Source of the DNA: Takakia lepidozioides
Lineage: Eukaryota; Plantae; Bryophyta
Length of the DNA: 64,000 bases
Direction of reading: 5' to 3'
Assembly (NCBI GenBank): GCA_030704615.1
Contig: CM060731.1
Location: 30,318,001 to 30,382,000 of the forward strand
A model generated the notes under the pieces. The model was given only the letters and a program-made list of their open reading frames with translations. It ran no database searches and was not told the DNA's origin. The translations under genes were made by a program, and so were the position numbers. Shown here one piece after another: positions 52,939 through 64,000 of the stretch. The stretch's first letter is position 1. Each line of letters starts with the position of its first letter.

Positions 52939-54828
52939 ATGTCTCAGTTCCCGACTCTCCTCCAGGCTCACAATGTCCGTGTAGTTGGTGTAGGTGAGAA
53001 GTTAGTTGTCCTGGGCCATGGGTTCGGCACTGATCAATCTGTGTGGAAGCATGTACTACCCCACCTCATTGATGACTACCGTATCATTCTTTATGACACA
53101 ATGGGGGCTGGAACCACAGATCCAGAGTATTTCAGCTTTCCCAGATACTCAACACTGCATGGATATGCAGATGACTTACTTGCAATTCTAGATGAGCTTG
53201 AAGTTGATTCTTGTATTTTTGTTGGGCATTCTGTATCTGGTATGGTTGGCTGCCTGGCATCAATCGAGCGGCCTTGTCTCTTCTCCAAGATTGTCATGAT
53301 CTCCGCCTCCCCAAGGTTCGTATGCTCCTTGAAGTCCTTTCTACAGTGTATGTTGATTCTGCATGAGAAATGATATTCTGCTTTGATGTTGTTGTGTCTG
53401 AAATATGGACCACATTTATGCTCCTGATGCCCATTAGGCTTATCATCATTTGGCATCATTTAGTTTCACGGGGAAGGGTAATGTAGGCTTATTGCTGGGT
53501 TGTGCACACAACTATATAGTGACACATCTGCCTTACGTGTTGAGTAGGTGTGTGCGGGGATTCTGTGTACCTCTTGCAATAGGTTTTGAGATATCAGCTC
53601 ATTTCGACTCAGCTTACATTCATGTGCTTTGTGTTTCAGTACCTAGTCATCTTATATTTTTTGCGACGAGGGGTTGTCAAAGGCAGTGCCCATGTCTGCC
53701 CAATTCATAATAATGGAGGAGTCGATTCTCTTACCGTAAATAACTGTGGTAGTGTTATAGTTGTACGAAACAATTCTCCTAAAGCGGATCATCCAAGTAA
53801 GCTTCTTACACTGAAGGCTGGGGTGTGACTGGTGCAGGTATCTGAATGATGTTGACTACTTTGGGGGCTTTGAGCAAGAAGATCTTAACCAGCTGTTTGA
53901 AGCAATGCAGTCCAATTTCAAGGCCTGGGTCTCCGGCTTTGCACCCCTTGCCGTAGGGGCAGACATAGAGTCCATGCCAGTCCAAGAGTTTAGTAGGACA
54001 CTTTTCAACATTCGACCTGACATTGCCTTCAGTGTGGCGAAGACCATTTTCCAGAGTGATTTGCGCAGCGTGTTGTCACTGGTATTTCTCCTTCTGGACT
54101 TTCCTGCTCAAGGGAGTGGTAAGGTAGTCGTTGTTGTGACAAAAAAATCTCGTGATCTGAACTCTCAAGAGCAACAGCCACATTTCGCAAATGTTGCTGG
54201 AGAGCTAAAACTGAGTTCCATTGTGGGTATTTTCATTATGTTTTTTTGCATCTGACTATGGGCGCAGAACATGGGTAGGTAGCAATGGTAGGTGTTTGGA
54301 TGGAGCCCTTGTTGGTTAAGTGAAACCAGCAAGTCCTATCTTGAAGAAGCCTTCACTTCCCTTACCCTTTAAGACTCAACGCTAATGAGTTAGAGTTGGA
54401 ACACGGTTAGCTGAATGATTGCATTCTAGCTACCAGGTTTGCTAGACGGTTCCCCACAGAAATTGCTCAAGGGTGTTTGAGTGCACTGTATCTCTCATTG
54501 CACTAACTTCCACAGGAGTAGTCAGAGCGTAGTCACTGAAGGTGAATTGGAATACCCTCACTATCTCACTGATATCAATTAGTGTTGAAATGTGCAGATT
54601 TGCTGCAATCTAACTTGGATCTTCCAGATGCAGGTGATTGTGCCTTGCCATATCCTTCAGAGCAGCAAGGATCTGGCAGTGCCGGTGGTTGTGTCAGATT
54701 ATCTCCGGCACATGCTTGGTGGCCCCAATATTGTCGAGGTTCTGCCAACGGAGGGTCACTTGCCACAACTCAGTTCACCAGAAATTGTCATCCCTGTTTT
54801 GATACGACACATTGGTGGGAACATCTAA
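52939..54828 (+). CDS. KAI2: KARRIKIN INSENSITIVE2-like alpha/beta hydrolase
   Basis: Exons 52939-53315, 53838-54081 and 54634-54828. Motifs [15 protein letters not shown] (Ser), [18 protein letters not shown] (Asp) and EGHLPQLS (His); the catalytic triad is intact. Confidence 0.95.
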
Positions 54829-55926
54829 GCCTCAGAGATCCTTGGACTGAGAACCAGCTTTGAACGAAAATCCCAACCCCTTTGCGCAACAATTGAGCAT
54901 CGCACCACAGCTTGCTACAAATCCTTCTGATGACTGTGCCCTCACAGCCAAAGGAGGAGCAGTAAGTATATCTTCCTCTCATTGTTCACATAAATTATCC
55001 CTTAGTTGGGTGTAATTTTATTGATATTAATTGAACCAACATGACGGACCAAAAGCTTCGTTTTGGGATGTTGGATGGTTACTGGAAGCAAGAGAAAAAG
55101 ACGTCAGTTTTCTTGAAGGGAATTTCAGGAGAGTTTTTTGGCTTGTTTGAGATTGGCAGCTCAAGTAGTTACTGAGAACACTGGGAGTCACACCGGCGAT
55201 AGAGACCTGCGCCAGTGGACACTGGCAGTATCGCTTATTGTTGCATTAAACTATGAATAGTGTTTTCATACTTGCACCCAAATCTGGTCCCCAACTGTAG
55301 CAATTGTGTTCTGAAGTGGGTGGCCTCTGTCCCCCAACCTTGAACTCCAACATGCACAAACCAATGTTATAGTGTAAGGGAGTCAAGCAGCATATATCAA
55401 TAACAACATACCCAAATGCCCTTATAATCACTATATATCAAACAGCCACCATGGGATTAGATCTTGGTGGGTTAAGGATAGCTTGTGACAATATTCATGC
55501 ACATTCATCAAGGCTCTGTCCAAAACCACACCACAAGAAACAAACAAACATGTGCAAATTTAAGATGTTGAACAAACTTCTGCACAGGCTGCCTCTCTAA
55601 TCAAGCTCATCATAATTCATATTCACTTCCATCTTCAAGCTTTGGAGGAGCCCCACCACCCAAACCCAGAATTAGGATAGCACTGTGATTTCCATCTACT
55701 GTCACCAAAGCCGGTCCAATATTACCCCTTCAGCCAAGTGCAATTATGGGCTGACAACCCACCTCTACCGGGTAGACCCCACTATCACTTCCAGTGAATA
55801 TGCCACAGGAAATGCACTCAACAGTATATCATGGTCAATACTCTCAGGAAATGGTGGATGATCTGAGTAGCTACACAGATCCATGAATGAAGCAAGAAAC
55901 TTGCATCTTTCCAAGAAAACATCCTT

Positions 55927-58900
55927 TCACCAGTAATCCCCACAAGAACAAATCCCATCTTCAAAGTGGTGAAAGCGGTTAGTGTCCCGTACAACAATTG
56001 CTCGGCCAACAATCTTAGAGATGAATTTGGTGGAGGTGTGGCAGTCACCACACACTCGAAGATTCTTGATGAGACGGAGAGGCGTCCTAGGGGTCGTGCT
56101 GATCAGCCCAAAACCGATGGCCAGCTTCTCACTGTGGTGGCAAAGAGAAAAATCCTTTTCCTCCTCCCCCACATCATGCAATACAAAGCGCGTGTCAGGC
56201 ACATACCCCGCCTCCTTCATCTGCCCAGACAATCTTCTCAGCTCAGCATGGATTTCCTTAATTCTGGGATGCAACTTGTCATCTACAACGAAGGTGTGCA
56301 CCCTGTTGCCAACCTCAATGCAGCAGCGACCTGGCTCCTTTCTCACCCCTTTGACCTTCATCATTCTTCTCACCTTTGCAGTATCATCCCACCTGCCAGC
56401 TGCAGCATAGATGTTTGAGAGCAACACATAAGTCGCGGCATCCTGTTCATCCCACTTGAGGATGGATATTGCTGCACGTTCAGCCATCTCCACATTGCCA
56501 TGGATTCTGCAGGCACCAAGCAAGGCCTTCCACACCACAGCATCTGGATTGATGGGCATTTTATTAATCAGGTCCACTGCCTCATCCAGTTGTCCCGCAC
56601 GCCCAAGAAGGTCCACCATGCAGCCAAAGTGCTTTACTGTCGGAGTGACACCATGATCTTGACTCAGGGAATCAAAGTAGCGTCTTCCTTCATTCAGTAG
56701 GCCAGAGTGGCTGCATGCAGAGAGAACACATATAAAGGTGATACTGTTCGGCTTCAAGCCGTGCTTTTGCATTCCTTCAAATAGTTGCACAACCTCCCTA
56801 TGACAACCATGCTGTGCATATCCTGCGATCATCGCACTCCACGACACCACATCTCGTTCAGCCATATTGTCGAACACTCCCTTTGCATCCTCGATGCACC
56901 CACATTTGGCATACATGTCCACCAGGGCAGTGTTCAGGATCACATCTGGTACAATTCCAGCTCTGATGATGTCGCCATGCACCTCTTTCCCCTTTTCCAG
57001 GGCTGCCAGGCTTGCACACGCACTGCAAACGCACACAAACGTGATGGGGTCGGGCTTCACCCCTTCGCACATCATTTGCTCATACGTCTCCAAAGCCTCC
57101 ATCCCGCGCCCCTGCTGTGCATACCCTGCAAGCATCGCGTTCCACGACACCACATTTCGTTCAGCCATATTGTTGAACGCTCCCTTTGCATCCTCGATGC
57201 TCCCACATTTGGCATACATGTCCACGAGGGTATTGTTCAGAATCACATCTGGTACAATTCCAGCATTGACGATGTCACCATGCACCTCTTTGCCCTTTTC
57301 CAGGGCTGCCAGGCTTGCACACGCATTGCAAACGCACACAAACGTGATGTGGTCGGGCTTCACCCCTTCCCCCATCATTTGCCCATACGTCTCCAAAGCC
57401 TCCATCCCGCGCCCCTGCTGTGCATACCCTGCAAGCATCGCGTTCCACGACACCACATTTCGTTCAGCCATATTGTTGAACACTCCCTTTGCATGCTCGA
57501 TGCTCCCACATTTGGCATACATGTCCACAAGGGTATTGTTCAGGATCACATCCGGTACGATTCCAGCTCTGATGATGTCGCCATGCACCTCTTTCCCCTT
57601 TTCCAGGGCTGCCAGGCTTGCACACGCATTGCAAACGCACACAAACGTGATGTGGTCGGGCTTCACCCCTTCGCACATCATTTGCTCATACGTCTCCAAA
57701 GCCTCCATCCCGCGCCCCTGCTGTGCATACCCTGCAAGCATCGCGTTCCACGACACCACATTTCGTTCAGCCATATTGTTGAACACTCCCTTTGCATCCT
57801 CGATGCTCCCACATTTGGCATACATGTCCACCAGGGCAGTGTTCAGGATGACATTTGGTACAATTCCAGCTCTGACGATGTCTCCATGCACCTCTTTCCC
57901 CTTTTCCAGGGCTGCCAGGCTTGCACACGCACTGCAAACGCACACAAACGTGATGGGGTCGGGCTTCACCCCTTCGCACATCATTTGCTCATACGCCTCC
58001 AAAGCCTCCATCCCGCGCCCCTGATGTGCATACCCTGCAAGCATTGCGTTCCACGACACCACATTTCGTTCAGCCATATTGTGGAACACTCCCTTTGCAT
58101 CCTCGATGCTCCCACATTTGGCATACATGTCCACCAGGGTAGTGTTCAGGATGACATTTGGTACAATTCCAGCTCTGACAATGTCGCCATGCACCTCTTT
58201 GCCCTTTTCCAGGGCTGCCAGGCTTGCACACGCACTGCAAACGCACACAAACGTGATGTGGTTGGGCTTCACCCCTTCGCACATCATTTGCTCATACGTC
58301 TCCAAAGCCTCCATCCCGCGCCCTTGCTGTGCATACCCTGCAAGCATCGCGTTCCACGACACCACATTTCGTTCAGCCATATTGTTGAACACTCCCTTTG
58401 CATCCTCGATGCTCCCACATTTGGCATACATGTCCACGAGGGTATTGTTCAGGATCACATCTGGTACGATTCCAGCTCTGACGATGTCGCCATGCACCTC
58501 TTTGCCCTTTTCCAAGGCTGCCAGGCTTGCACACGCATTGCAAACGCACACAAACGTGATTTGGTCGGGCTTCACCCCTTCCCGCATCATTTGCTCATAC
58601 GTCTCCAAAGCCTCCATCCCGCGCCCCTGCTGTGCATACCCTGCAAGCATCGCGTTCCACGACACCACATTTCGTTCAGCCATATTGTCGAACACTCCCT
58701 TTGCATGCTCGATGCTCCCACATTTGGCATACATGTCCACGAGGGTATTGTTCAGGATCACATCTGGTACGATTCCAGCTCTGACGATGTCGCCGTGCAC
58801 CTCTTTGCCCTTTTCCAAGGCTGCCAGGCTTGCACACGCATTGCAAACGCACACGAACGTGATGTGGTCGGGCTCCACCCCTTCCCCCATCATTTGCTCG

Positions 58901-59313
58901 TAGGTCTCCAAAGCATTCCTACCACACCCATGCTTGGTAAATCCTGCCAACATTGTATTCCACGTGATCAAAGTTCGTTGAGGCATTCTGTTGAACAGTT
59001 GGTGAGCATCCATGATGCTCCCGCACTTAACATACATGTTGACAAGGGTGTTGAGGAGAAAAACATTTGGAGTGAATCCACTTTGGATAATGTGAGTGTG
59101 TACCTGCTTTCCAGCTTCCAGGCCTTTCACCTTGATGCACTTACGCAAGAGACGGACATACGTTTCTGAATCTGCTGAAATGCCTCCTTGGTTTAAAGTC
59201 TGTAGAGCCTCTTTCAGTCTGCCTGCCTCACAAAGCAACTTCACATGCCCAGAAGTGCCAGAAGAGGCATTGTGGACTCCCTCTCTTGATCCTCTTCCAG
59301 AAGCTGTGGTCAT
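55927..59313 (-). CDS. PLS-class PPR-DYW organellar C-to-U RNA editing factor
   Basis: Single ORF with a PLS array, E1/E2, PG box (KEPGRCCIEV), HSEKLA, CGDCH and terminal DYW. The first in-frame ATG is at 59313 (the frame is open to ~59480); the true start is uncertain. Confidence 0.96.
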   Translation of the reverse strand: MTTASGRGSREGVHNASSGTSGHVKLLCEAGRLKEALQTLNQGGISADSETYVRLLRKCIKVKGLEAGKQVHTHIIQSGFTPNVFLLNTLVNMYVKCGSIMDAHQLFNRMPQRTLITWNTMLAGFTKHGCGRNALETYEQMMGEGVEPDHITFVCVCNACASLAALEKGKEVHGDIVRAGIVPDVILNNTLVDMYAKCGSIEHAKGVFDNMAERNVVSWNAMLAGYAQQGRGMEALETYEQMMREGVKPDQITFVCVCNACASLAALEKGKEVHGDIVRAGIVPDVILNNTLVDMYAKCGSIEDAKGVFNNMAERNVVSWNAMLAGYAQQGRGMEALETYEQMMCEGVKPNHITFVCVCSACASLAALEKGKEVHGDIVRAGIVPNVILNTTLVDMYAKCGSIEDAKGVFHNMAERNVVSWNAMLAGYAHQGRGMEALEAYEQMMCEGVKPDPITFVCVCSACASLAALEKGKEVHGDIVRAGIVPNVILNTALVDMYAKCGSIEDAKGVFNNMAERNVVSWNAMLAGYAQQGRGMEALETYEQMMCEGVKPDHITFVCVCNACASLAALEKGKEVHGDIIRAGIVPDVILNNTLVDMYAKCGSIEHAKGVFNNMAERNVVSWNAMLAGYAQQGRGMEALETYGQMMGEGVKPDHITFVCVCNACASLAALEKGKEVHGDIVNAGIVPDVILNNTLVDMYAKCGSIEDAKGAFNNMAERNVVSWNAMLAGYAQQGRGMEALETYEQMMCEGVKPDPITFVCVCSACASLAALEKGKEVHGDIIRAGIVPDVILNTALVDMYAKCGCIEDAKGVFDNMAERDVVSWSAMIAGYAQHGCHREVVQLFEGMQKHGLKPNSITFICVLSACSHSGLLNEGRRYFDSLSQDHGVTPTVKHFGCMVDLLGRAGQLDEAVDLINKMPINPDAVVWKALLGACRIHGNVEMAERAAISILKWDEQDAATYVLLSNIYAAAGRWDDTAKVRRMMKVKGVRKEPGRCCIEVGNRVHTFVVDDKLHPRIKEIHAELRRLSGQMKEAGYVPDTRFVLHDVGEEEKDFSLCHHSEKLAIGFGLISTTPRTPLRLIKNLRVCGDCHTSTKFISKIVGRAIVVRDTNRFHHFEDGICSCGDYW
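56850..58950 (-). repeat. Seven near-identical 303-bp tandem units (one PLS triplet each) within the PPR gene
   Basis: ITFVCVC.ACASLAALEKGKEVHGDI recurs 7 times at a 101-aa period, and the nucleotide units are nearly identical. Confidence 0.95.
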
Positions 59314-59517
59314 GGTTGAGGTGCCTGATTTTATCAACTGTGCCGCTGCAGCTGCTGCCTTTAGTTGACCATCTAACCATGCAGGTTTCTTGTAGCTATT
59401 GATCCACAGGGAATCATAGGTAATCTTGTGCTTGAAATCTGGCCCTCTTGGATGAATCTGTACCCACACTCTACCCCTGCTCCTTCAGCTATCCATGCCT
59501 CTGCACAAATCATGCAT

Positions 59518-62247
59518 TCATCCTTGCCTTGCTGCTAGCAGCTGACAATGACAGCCTAGATTTGTTCTAGGAAACACCCAACTCAGCTTATCACACTAGT
59601 TCCTATGCTCATTGCGTCTGCTACTCTCTGTAATCCAACAGGCATTCACCTTTTTGCCTCGATTGTCCCACCATTGACTGGGGTCAGAAAAGTATTCATT
59701 CCACAGCTTCTCCTCGTCTCTGTTACCTGTTTCTGGATACTTTCCTGTTGTCACATTGGCAGTATCAGGTCTTTGTCACTCCAAACTAGATTCACTCAAC
59801 CACCATATTCAATATGCAAATTCAGGGCCGAGTCTGATGAGAGGCAAAACAGGCTGATATAGGTCAAAGAAGAAGGTGCCCTCACCACATTGTCCTTGAC
59901 CTTGTGTCATGACCCATGGAGGATTTGACCGACCATCAACCCAAAAGGATCTCTTGTGTGTGCTGCTTGTGTCTGTAGTCAGGCCGTCATGTCGGATTGG
60001 TCTGTGAGAACGACCACGGTGCAGCTGAGCAGGCAGAGATTGAAACACGGCCTGCTAAGACCAAGCTGATTGTAAACATCAGGAAGAATACCAAATCATG
60101 GTACTAACAGGAGCCAAGCGCCCACATTTGCAGGATGGACAAACTTCTTCACATCGTACATTAAGAAAAAGCCACACCTTGCGATTGCGGTTGCGATTGC
60201 GGTTGTCCTACCATCGTGAAGGATCTTTAAAAAACTCATGCCAGTTCTGCTCCGTGCTCCAAGGTAGAGGTCTGTGCTCGAAAATCCGACAGCATCAACA
60301 TTTTGACAAGGTCCTTTACTGAGGGGTGCTTGTGAGCTTTCAACAACATTCATGCAAGTTGTTTTGGGCTCCATTGGGCTCTACCCGACGAGGAACAACG
60401 AACTTGTCCAGACTTACACAGATGCTAATAACCCAGCTTATGTTTGCAGTCTGGAGATTGTAGAGTGGTCTCTGAAAACGACCGGGGAAGGCGCTGAGCA
60501 GCCAGAGTCTTTTACCCTGGGTCTTGGCATTAAGTTTTTCTCACTTGACAAATTCCAATGTACCCCAAGTCGTTCAGAAAATAAAATCAGCCAAAGCCGG
60601 TGGACAGCAACACGGCTAGACCGTGGTTTGGTTTTGTTCCCTTGCATTGTTGGTTCTGCAGGCTCGCTGATTTGCTACTAGCACAGATGGTGGAATCTTC
60701 TTCTTAGATTTATGTTAGTTCTCAGGTCTGGTTTTAAAGCTGCTGACTTCCTACTAGAGTAGATGGTGGAATCTTCTTCTTAGATTTATGCCTTAGTGGT
60801 TAGTTCTCAGGTCTGGTTTTAAAGCTGCTGTTTCTTTCAGTAAACCATGACTGGTGGCTTAGCTCCCCGTTGTGGCTCTGTTTCGCTTCAGGCATAGATG
60901 GTAGAACCTTCTTTCTTAGATTTATGCCTAGTGGTTGGTTCTAAGGTCTGGTTTTTCAAGCTGCTGATTCTCTCAATAAACCATGACTGGTTTTTTAGAT
61001 CCCCATGGTGGTGCCTAGGGAGGTTCCCCCCCATTGTACTACCTAATATCCCCCCAAGGAGGTTATTTTTTCCTCGTTTCTTAATTTGATTAAAAGGGCT
61101 CCTTCCCCTTTCCTTAAAAATATTTTTTTTTCCTTAAAAAGACACGGCTGTCCCAAAGGTGGCTATTGCAAGCGGCCCCACATGGCTATTGCATGCCTTG
61201 GGAAAGAGGCAATTGCATGTGGGGCCCATTGGGCTGCACTAACCGCTAGGAGCCATCAGAACGGCACTACGACGACCCGGTGGTCTAGGCCCCTGGCCCT
61301 GCCACCTTGGAAGTGCGCAGTAATATCCTTGTTGAAAGTTCGGTAAAAGCACACGTTTCTTGAGCAGAGTTTGGAGTTCGTTGTTCCTCGTCGGGTAGAG
61401 CCCAATGGAGCCCAAAACAACTAGCATGAATGTTGTTGAAAGCTCACTAGCACCCCTCAGTACGACCTTGTCAAAATGTTGATGTTGTCGGATTTTCGAG
61501 CATAAACCTCTACCTTGGAGCACGGAGCAGAACTGGCATGAGTTTTTTAAAGATCTTTCACGATGGTGGGAGAACCGCATTCACAACCGCAATCGCAAGA
61601 TGTGGCTTTTTCTTAATGTATGATGTCAAGAAGTTTGTCCATCCTGCAAATGTGGGCGCTTGGCTCCTGTTAGTACCATGATTTGGTATTCTTCCTGATG
61701 TTTACAAGGTTCTTGGGAGAGTCGGCTTGGTCTTAGCAGGTCGTGTTTCAATCTCTGTCTGCTCATCTGCACCGTGGTGGTTCTCACAGACCAATCCGAG
61801 ATTACCCGACTACAGACACAAGCAGCACACACAAGAGGTCATTTTGGGTTGGGTCAAATCCTCCATGGGTCATGACACAAGGTCAAGGACAATGTGGTGA
61901 GGGCACCTTCTTCTTTGACCTATTTCAGCTTGTATTGCCCTTTCATCAGACTCGACCCTGAATTTGCATATTGAATTCTGTAAGTTAGCTTGTTGGGTGG
62001 ATCTGTGGTGGTTTGGAATGAAAGTTACCGCCGATGTGACAGCGGGAAAGTATCCAAAAACAGATAACAGAGACGAGGAGAACTACACTTTTCCGACCCC
62101 GGTCAATGGTGGGACAATCGAGACAAAAAAATGAATGCATGAGTAGCCGCAAGTTAGTATATGAACTAGTGTGATAAGTATGGTTGGGGTGTTTGCTGGA
62201 AGAATTGTAGGTTGTCATTGTCAGTTGCTAGTAGCAAGGCAAGGATG
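59518..62247. repeat. Large inverted duplication (about 880-bp arms, about 970-bp spacer)
   Basis: 59518-60404 is the diverged reverse complement of 61375-62247. The same spurious ORFs appear on opposite strands (MVLTGAKRPHLQDGQTS; MFQSL.A.LHRG). Confidence 0.92.
60685..60990. repeat. Three diverged direct repeats in the spacer of the inverted duplication
   Basis: AGATGGTGGAATCTTCTTCTTAGATTTATG...GGTCTGGTTTTAAAGCTGCTG at ~60685, ~60761 and ~60896. Confidence 0.8.
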
Positions 62248-62768
62248 TACCAATTCAAGAGAAAAAATGCAAGATATAAGCTTTTGAACTTACATTTAAA
62301 ATTGAATATGATTGCGATGACAATATATACATTATAAATAATTAAGAAATTTTGATAAAGACTTTATAACCAAGGGAGGTGCATTCATTGTAGGTTTTAT
62401 GTGGGGAAGCTATAACATGGACTTGCCATTTATTGACACTGATGATATATGGTCTCTTCTCTAGTGAGGAGCCAAGAAACGGCTAGTGAAATCTATTTTC
62501 GTCTATAATAAACTTATCATCCATTTATTTTTCATCCGTTGTTCAATAACATAGACTAGGGTAGCCTATGCCGTTGGCCCAGGCGTCCAGTGTCATTTAA
62601 GCCCAAGTGTAAGATCTTCTATGTATCCCAGTGCGTCTCATATGTCAAGGCCCAAATGAGACCTCTAGGATAGCCTATGCCTTTGGCCCATGTGTGAAGA
62701 TTGAAATCCAAGACCAAGTGCAATTTTCTATGTATCCCAGTGCGTCTCCTCTGTTAAGGCCCAAGTGC

Positions 62769-64000
62769 GAGAGAGAGAGAGAGAAGACTCCGGCCGAAGC
62801 CGGCGTAACTAAGAGCCATTTCGCCTTGCGGCTATTGCCCCCTTTCGGAGGTGGCCCTATTAAAAAAAAAAAATGTTATGTGGGACATCAGGTGACCGTA
62901 GAAAATAGGGGGGTCTGTGGTACCCCTGGGGACCTAGGGTGCGTTCGAAGAGCCGGATTCCACTTGGCGTTTGTTGGTGATAATAGTTGTGTGGGAGCGG
63001 AGTACCGTGAGGTGAATTGCTTTGAAAAATTTATGGATGGGGAGGATGGGGATTTTGAAGTTATCATGTATATCGTTGATACTGGCAATATGGATGTCGC
63101 CTCTAGTGCCGGCGGTGATGACGATTAATGGACCAGTTTTCCAGCTGCGCCGTCGGATTGCAAGGATAAGCGGTGCATATTTTTGTCATTTTTCTAAGAT
63201 CGAGTCGTTAGGGTAGGCGTATCTGATTTTAGTGTTTGTCGGATTTGTGCATCAGTGGTAGCTTTGGTTAGCCAGAAGTGGTTTCAGAGTTTATGGTGCA
63301 ATACGTTGGATTGCATCCATTTTTGGATGTGTACTTTGGTATGGCTGATGGAGGCTGCAGCGTGTTTATTTGCTTCTCGGGTAAGAGTGGTCAGAAGGTT
63401 ACGGATGGGTCTAGGTGCAGGGGGGTCTGGTACGGGGTGTATAAACCAGAAAGGATGGGTATGGGCGATGTGGATAGGGTTGTCAATGGGTACAACTGTG
63501 GATTGGGAAACGCCGAGTTGGGCGAATAGGTCCGCTTCCTCATTACCATGAATGCCAGTGTGCGAACGGACTTTGAGTATATGGATTGGATGACCTTTGG
63601 AAATGGCCCTCTGGACAATGGCGACAATGAGGTTGCGGTCGGGGTGATGATGATGGGCAGAGGGGCGGGAGATGTGGTTTCGAATAAGAAATAGTGAGGT
63701 AAGGCTGTCGGTGAAGATGTAGTATGGGGGAGGGAAGGCGTCAAGTGTAGAGAGAGCATCGTAAATGGCCATGAGTTCAGCCCTTAGGATGGTGGCAGAG
63801 CCAAAGAGCCTGAGGGCAACACCTCGACCGGTGCCGGCGTGATAAATTCCGTACCCTGCATTAGGTTTGGTGAGGGATCCATCAGTGTAACGTGAGTTGG
63901 CCGGTGGATACTTGGGGGTGGTGTTTTGCTGATATATTGCGGGGATTGGGGGGAGGGGTGTTGTTGGTGTGACCTGGGGACGGGGGTAGCGCCATGCTCC
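62769..64000 (-). mobile_element. 3' part of a non-LTR retrotransposon with RNase H and an RLE-like C-terminal remnant, degenerate
   Basis: RNase H motifs YTDGS, ILRAELMAI, IFTDSLTS and KVRSHTGIHGNEEAD. Downstream lies QKYAPLILAIRRRSWKTGPLIVITAGTRG...NKRQVE with a stop at 62934, then a 3' UTR with a U-tract, hairpins and a (CT)n end. Confidence 0.8.

Noticed and set aside
56785-59169. 794-aa, 385-aa and 274-aa plus-strand ORFs
   Set aside because: They are antisense shadows of the tandemly repeated PPR coding sequence; one stop-free unit repeated seven times explains their length.
62810-62860. Hammerhead ribozyme
   Set aside because: The three-way junction has GAAA but lacks the CUGANGA core and the NUH cleavage triplet.

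Overview
Eukaryotic nuclear DNA from a land plant, probably a bryophyte or other seed-free lineage (inferred from a moss-like KAI2 and a long PLS-DYW PPR gene). Host genes with spliceosomal introns: a BRX-domain fragment at the left edge, a folate-biopterin transporter, a CAX cation/H+ exchanger, a trypsin-like-domain gene with a long low-complexity tail, and KAI2; the PPR-DYW editing factor is a single ORF. The most notable feature is a 12.2-kb Mutator-like element (9831-22020) with an exact 9-bp TSD (TACATTTCC) and degenerate termini, nested in a foldback element. It carries two divergent genes: a GCM/DDE/SWIM transposase (minus strand) and an intron-containing gene fusing a ParB/Srx-like domain to a beta-class amino (N6A/N4C)-DNA-methyltransferase-like domain (plus strand). 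Between the genes is a phased array of about 15 palindromes, and a second 24-bp palindrome family is scattered through the cargo gene's introns. Both genes are decayed in this copy. Other notable items: seven near-identical 303-bp PLS triplets in the PPR gene, an RNase H + RLE-like LINE remnant with a tetraloop-rich structured 3' end, an RTEX LINE fragment, a short TSD-flanked retroposon family and several MITEs. All assignments come from motif recognition by eye; no database searches were run.
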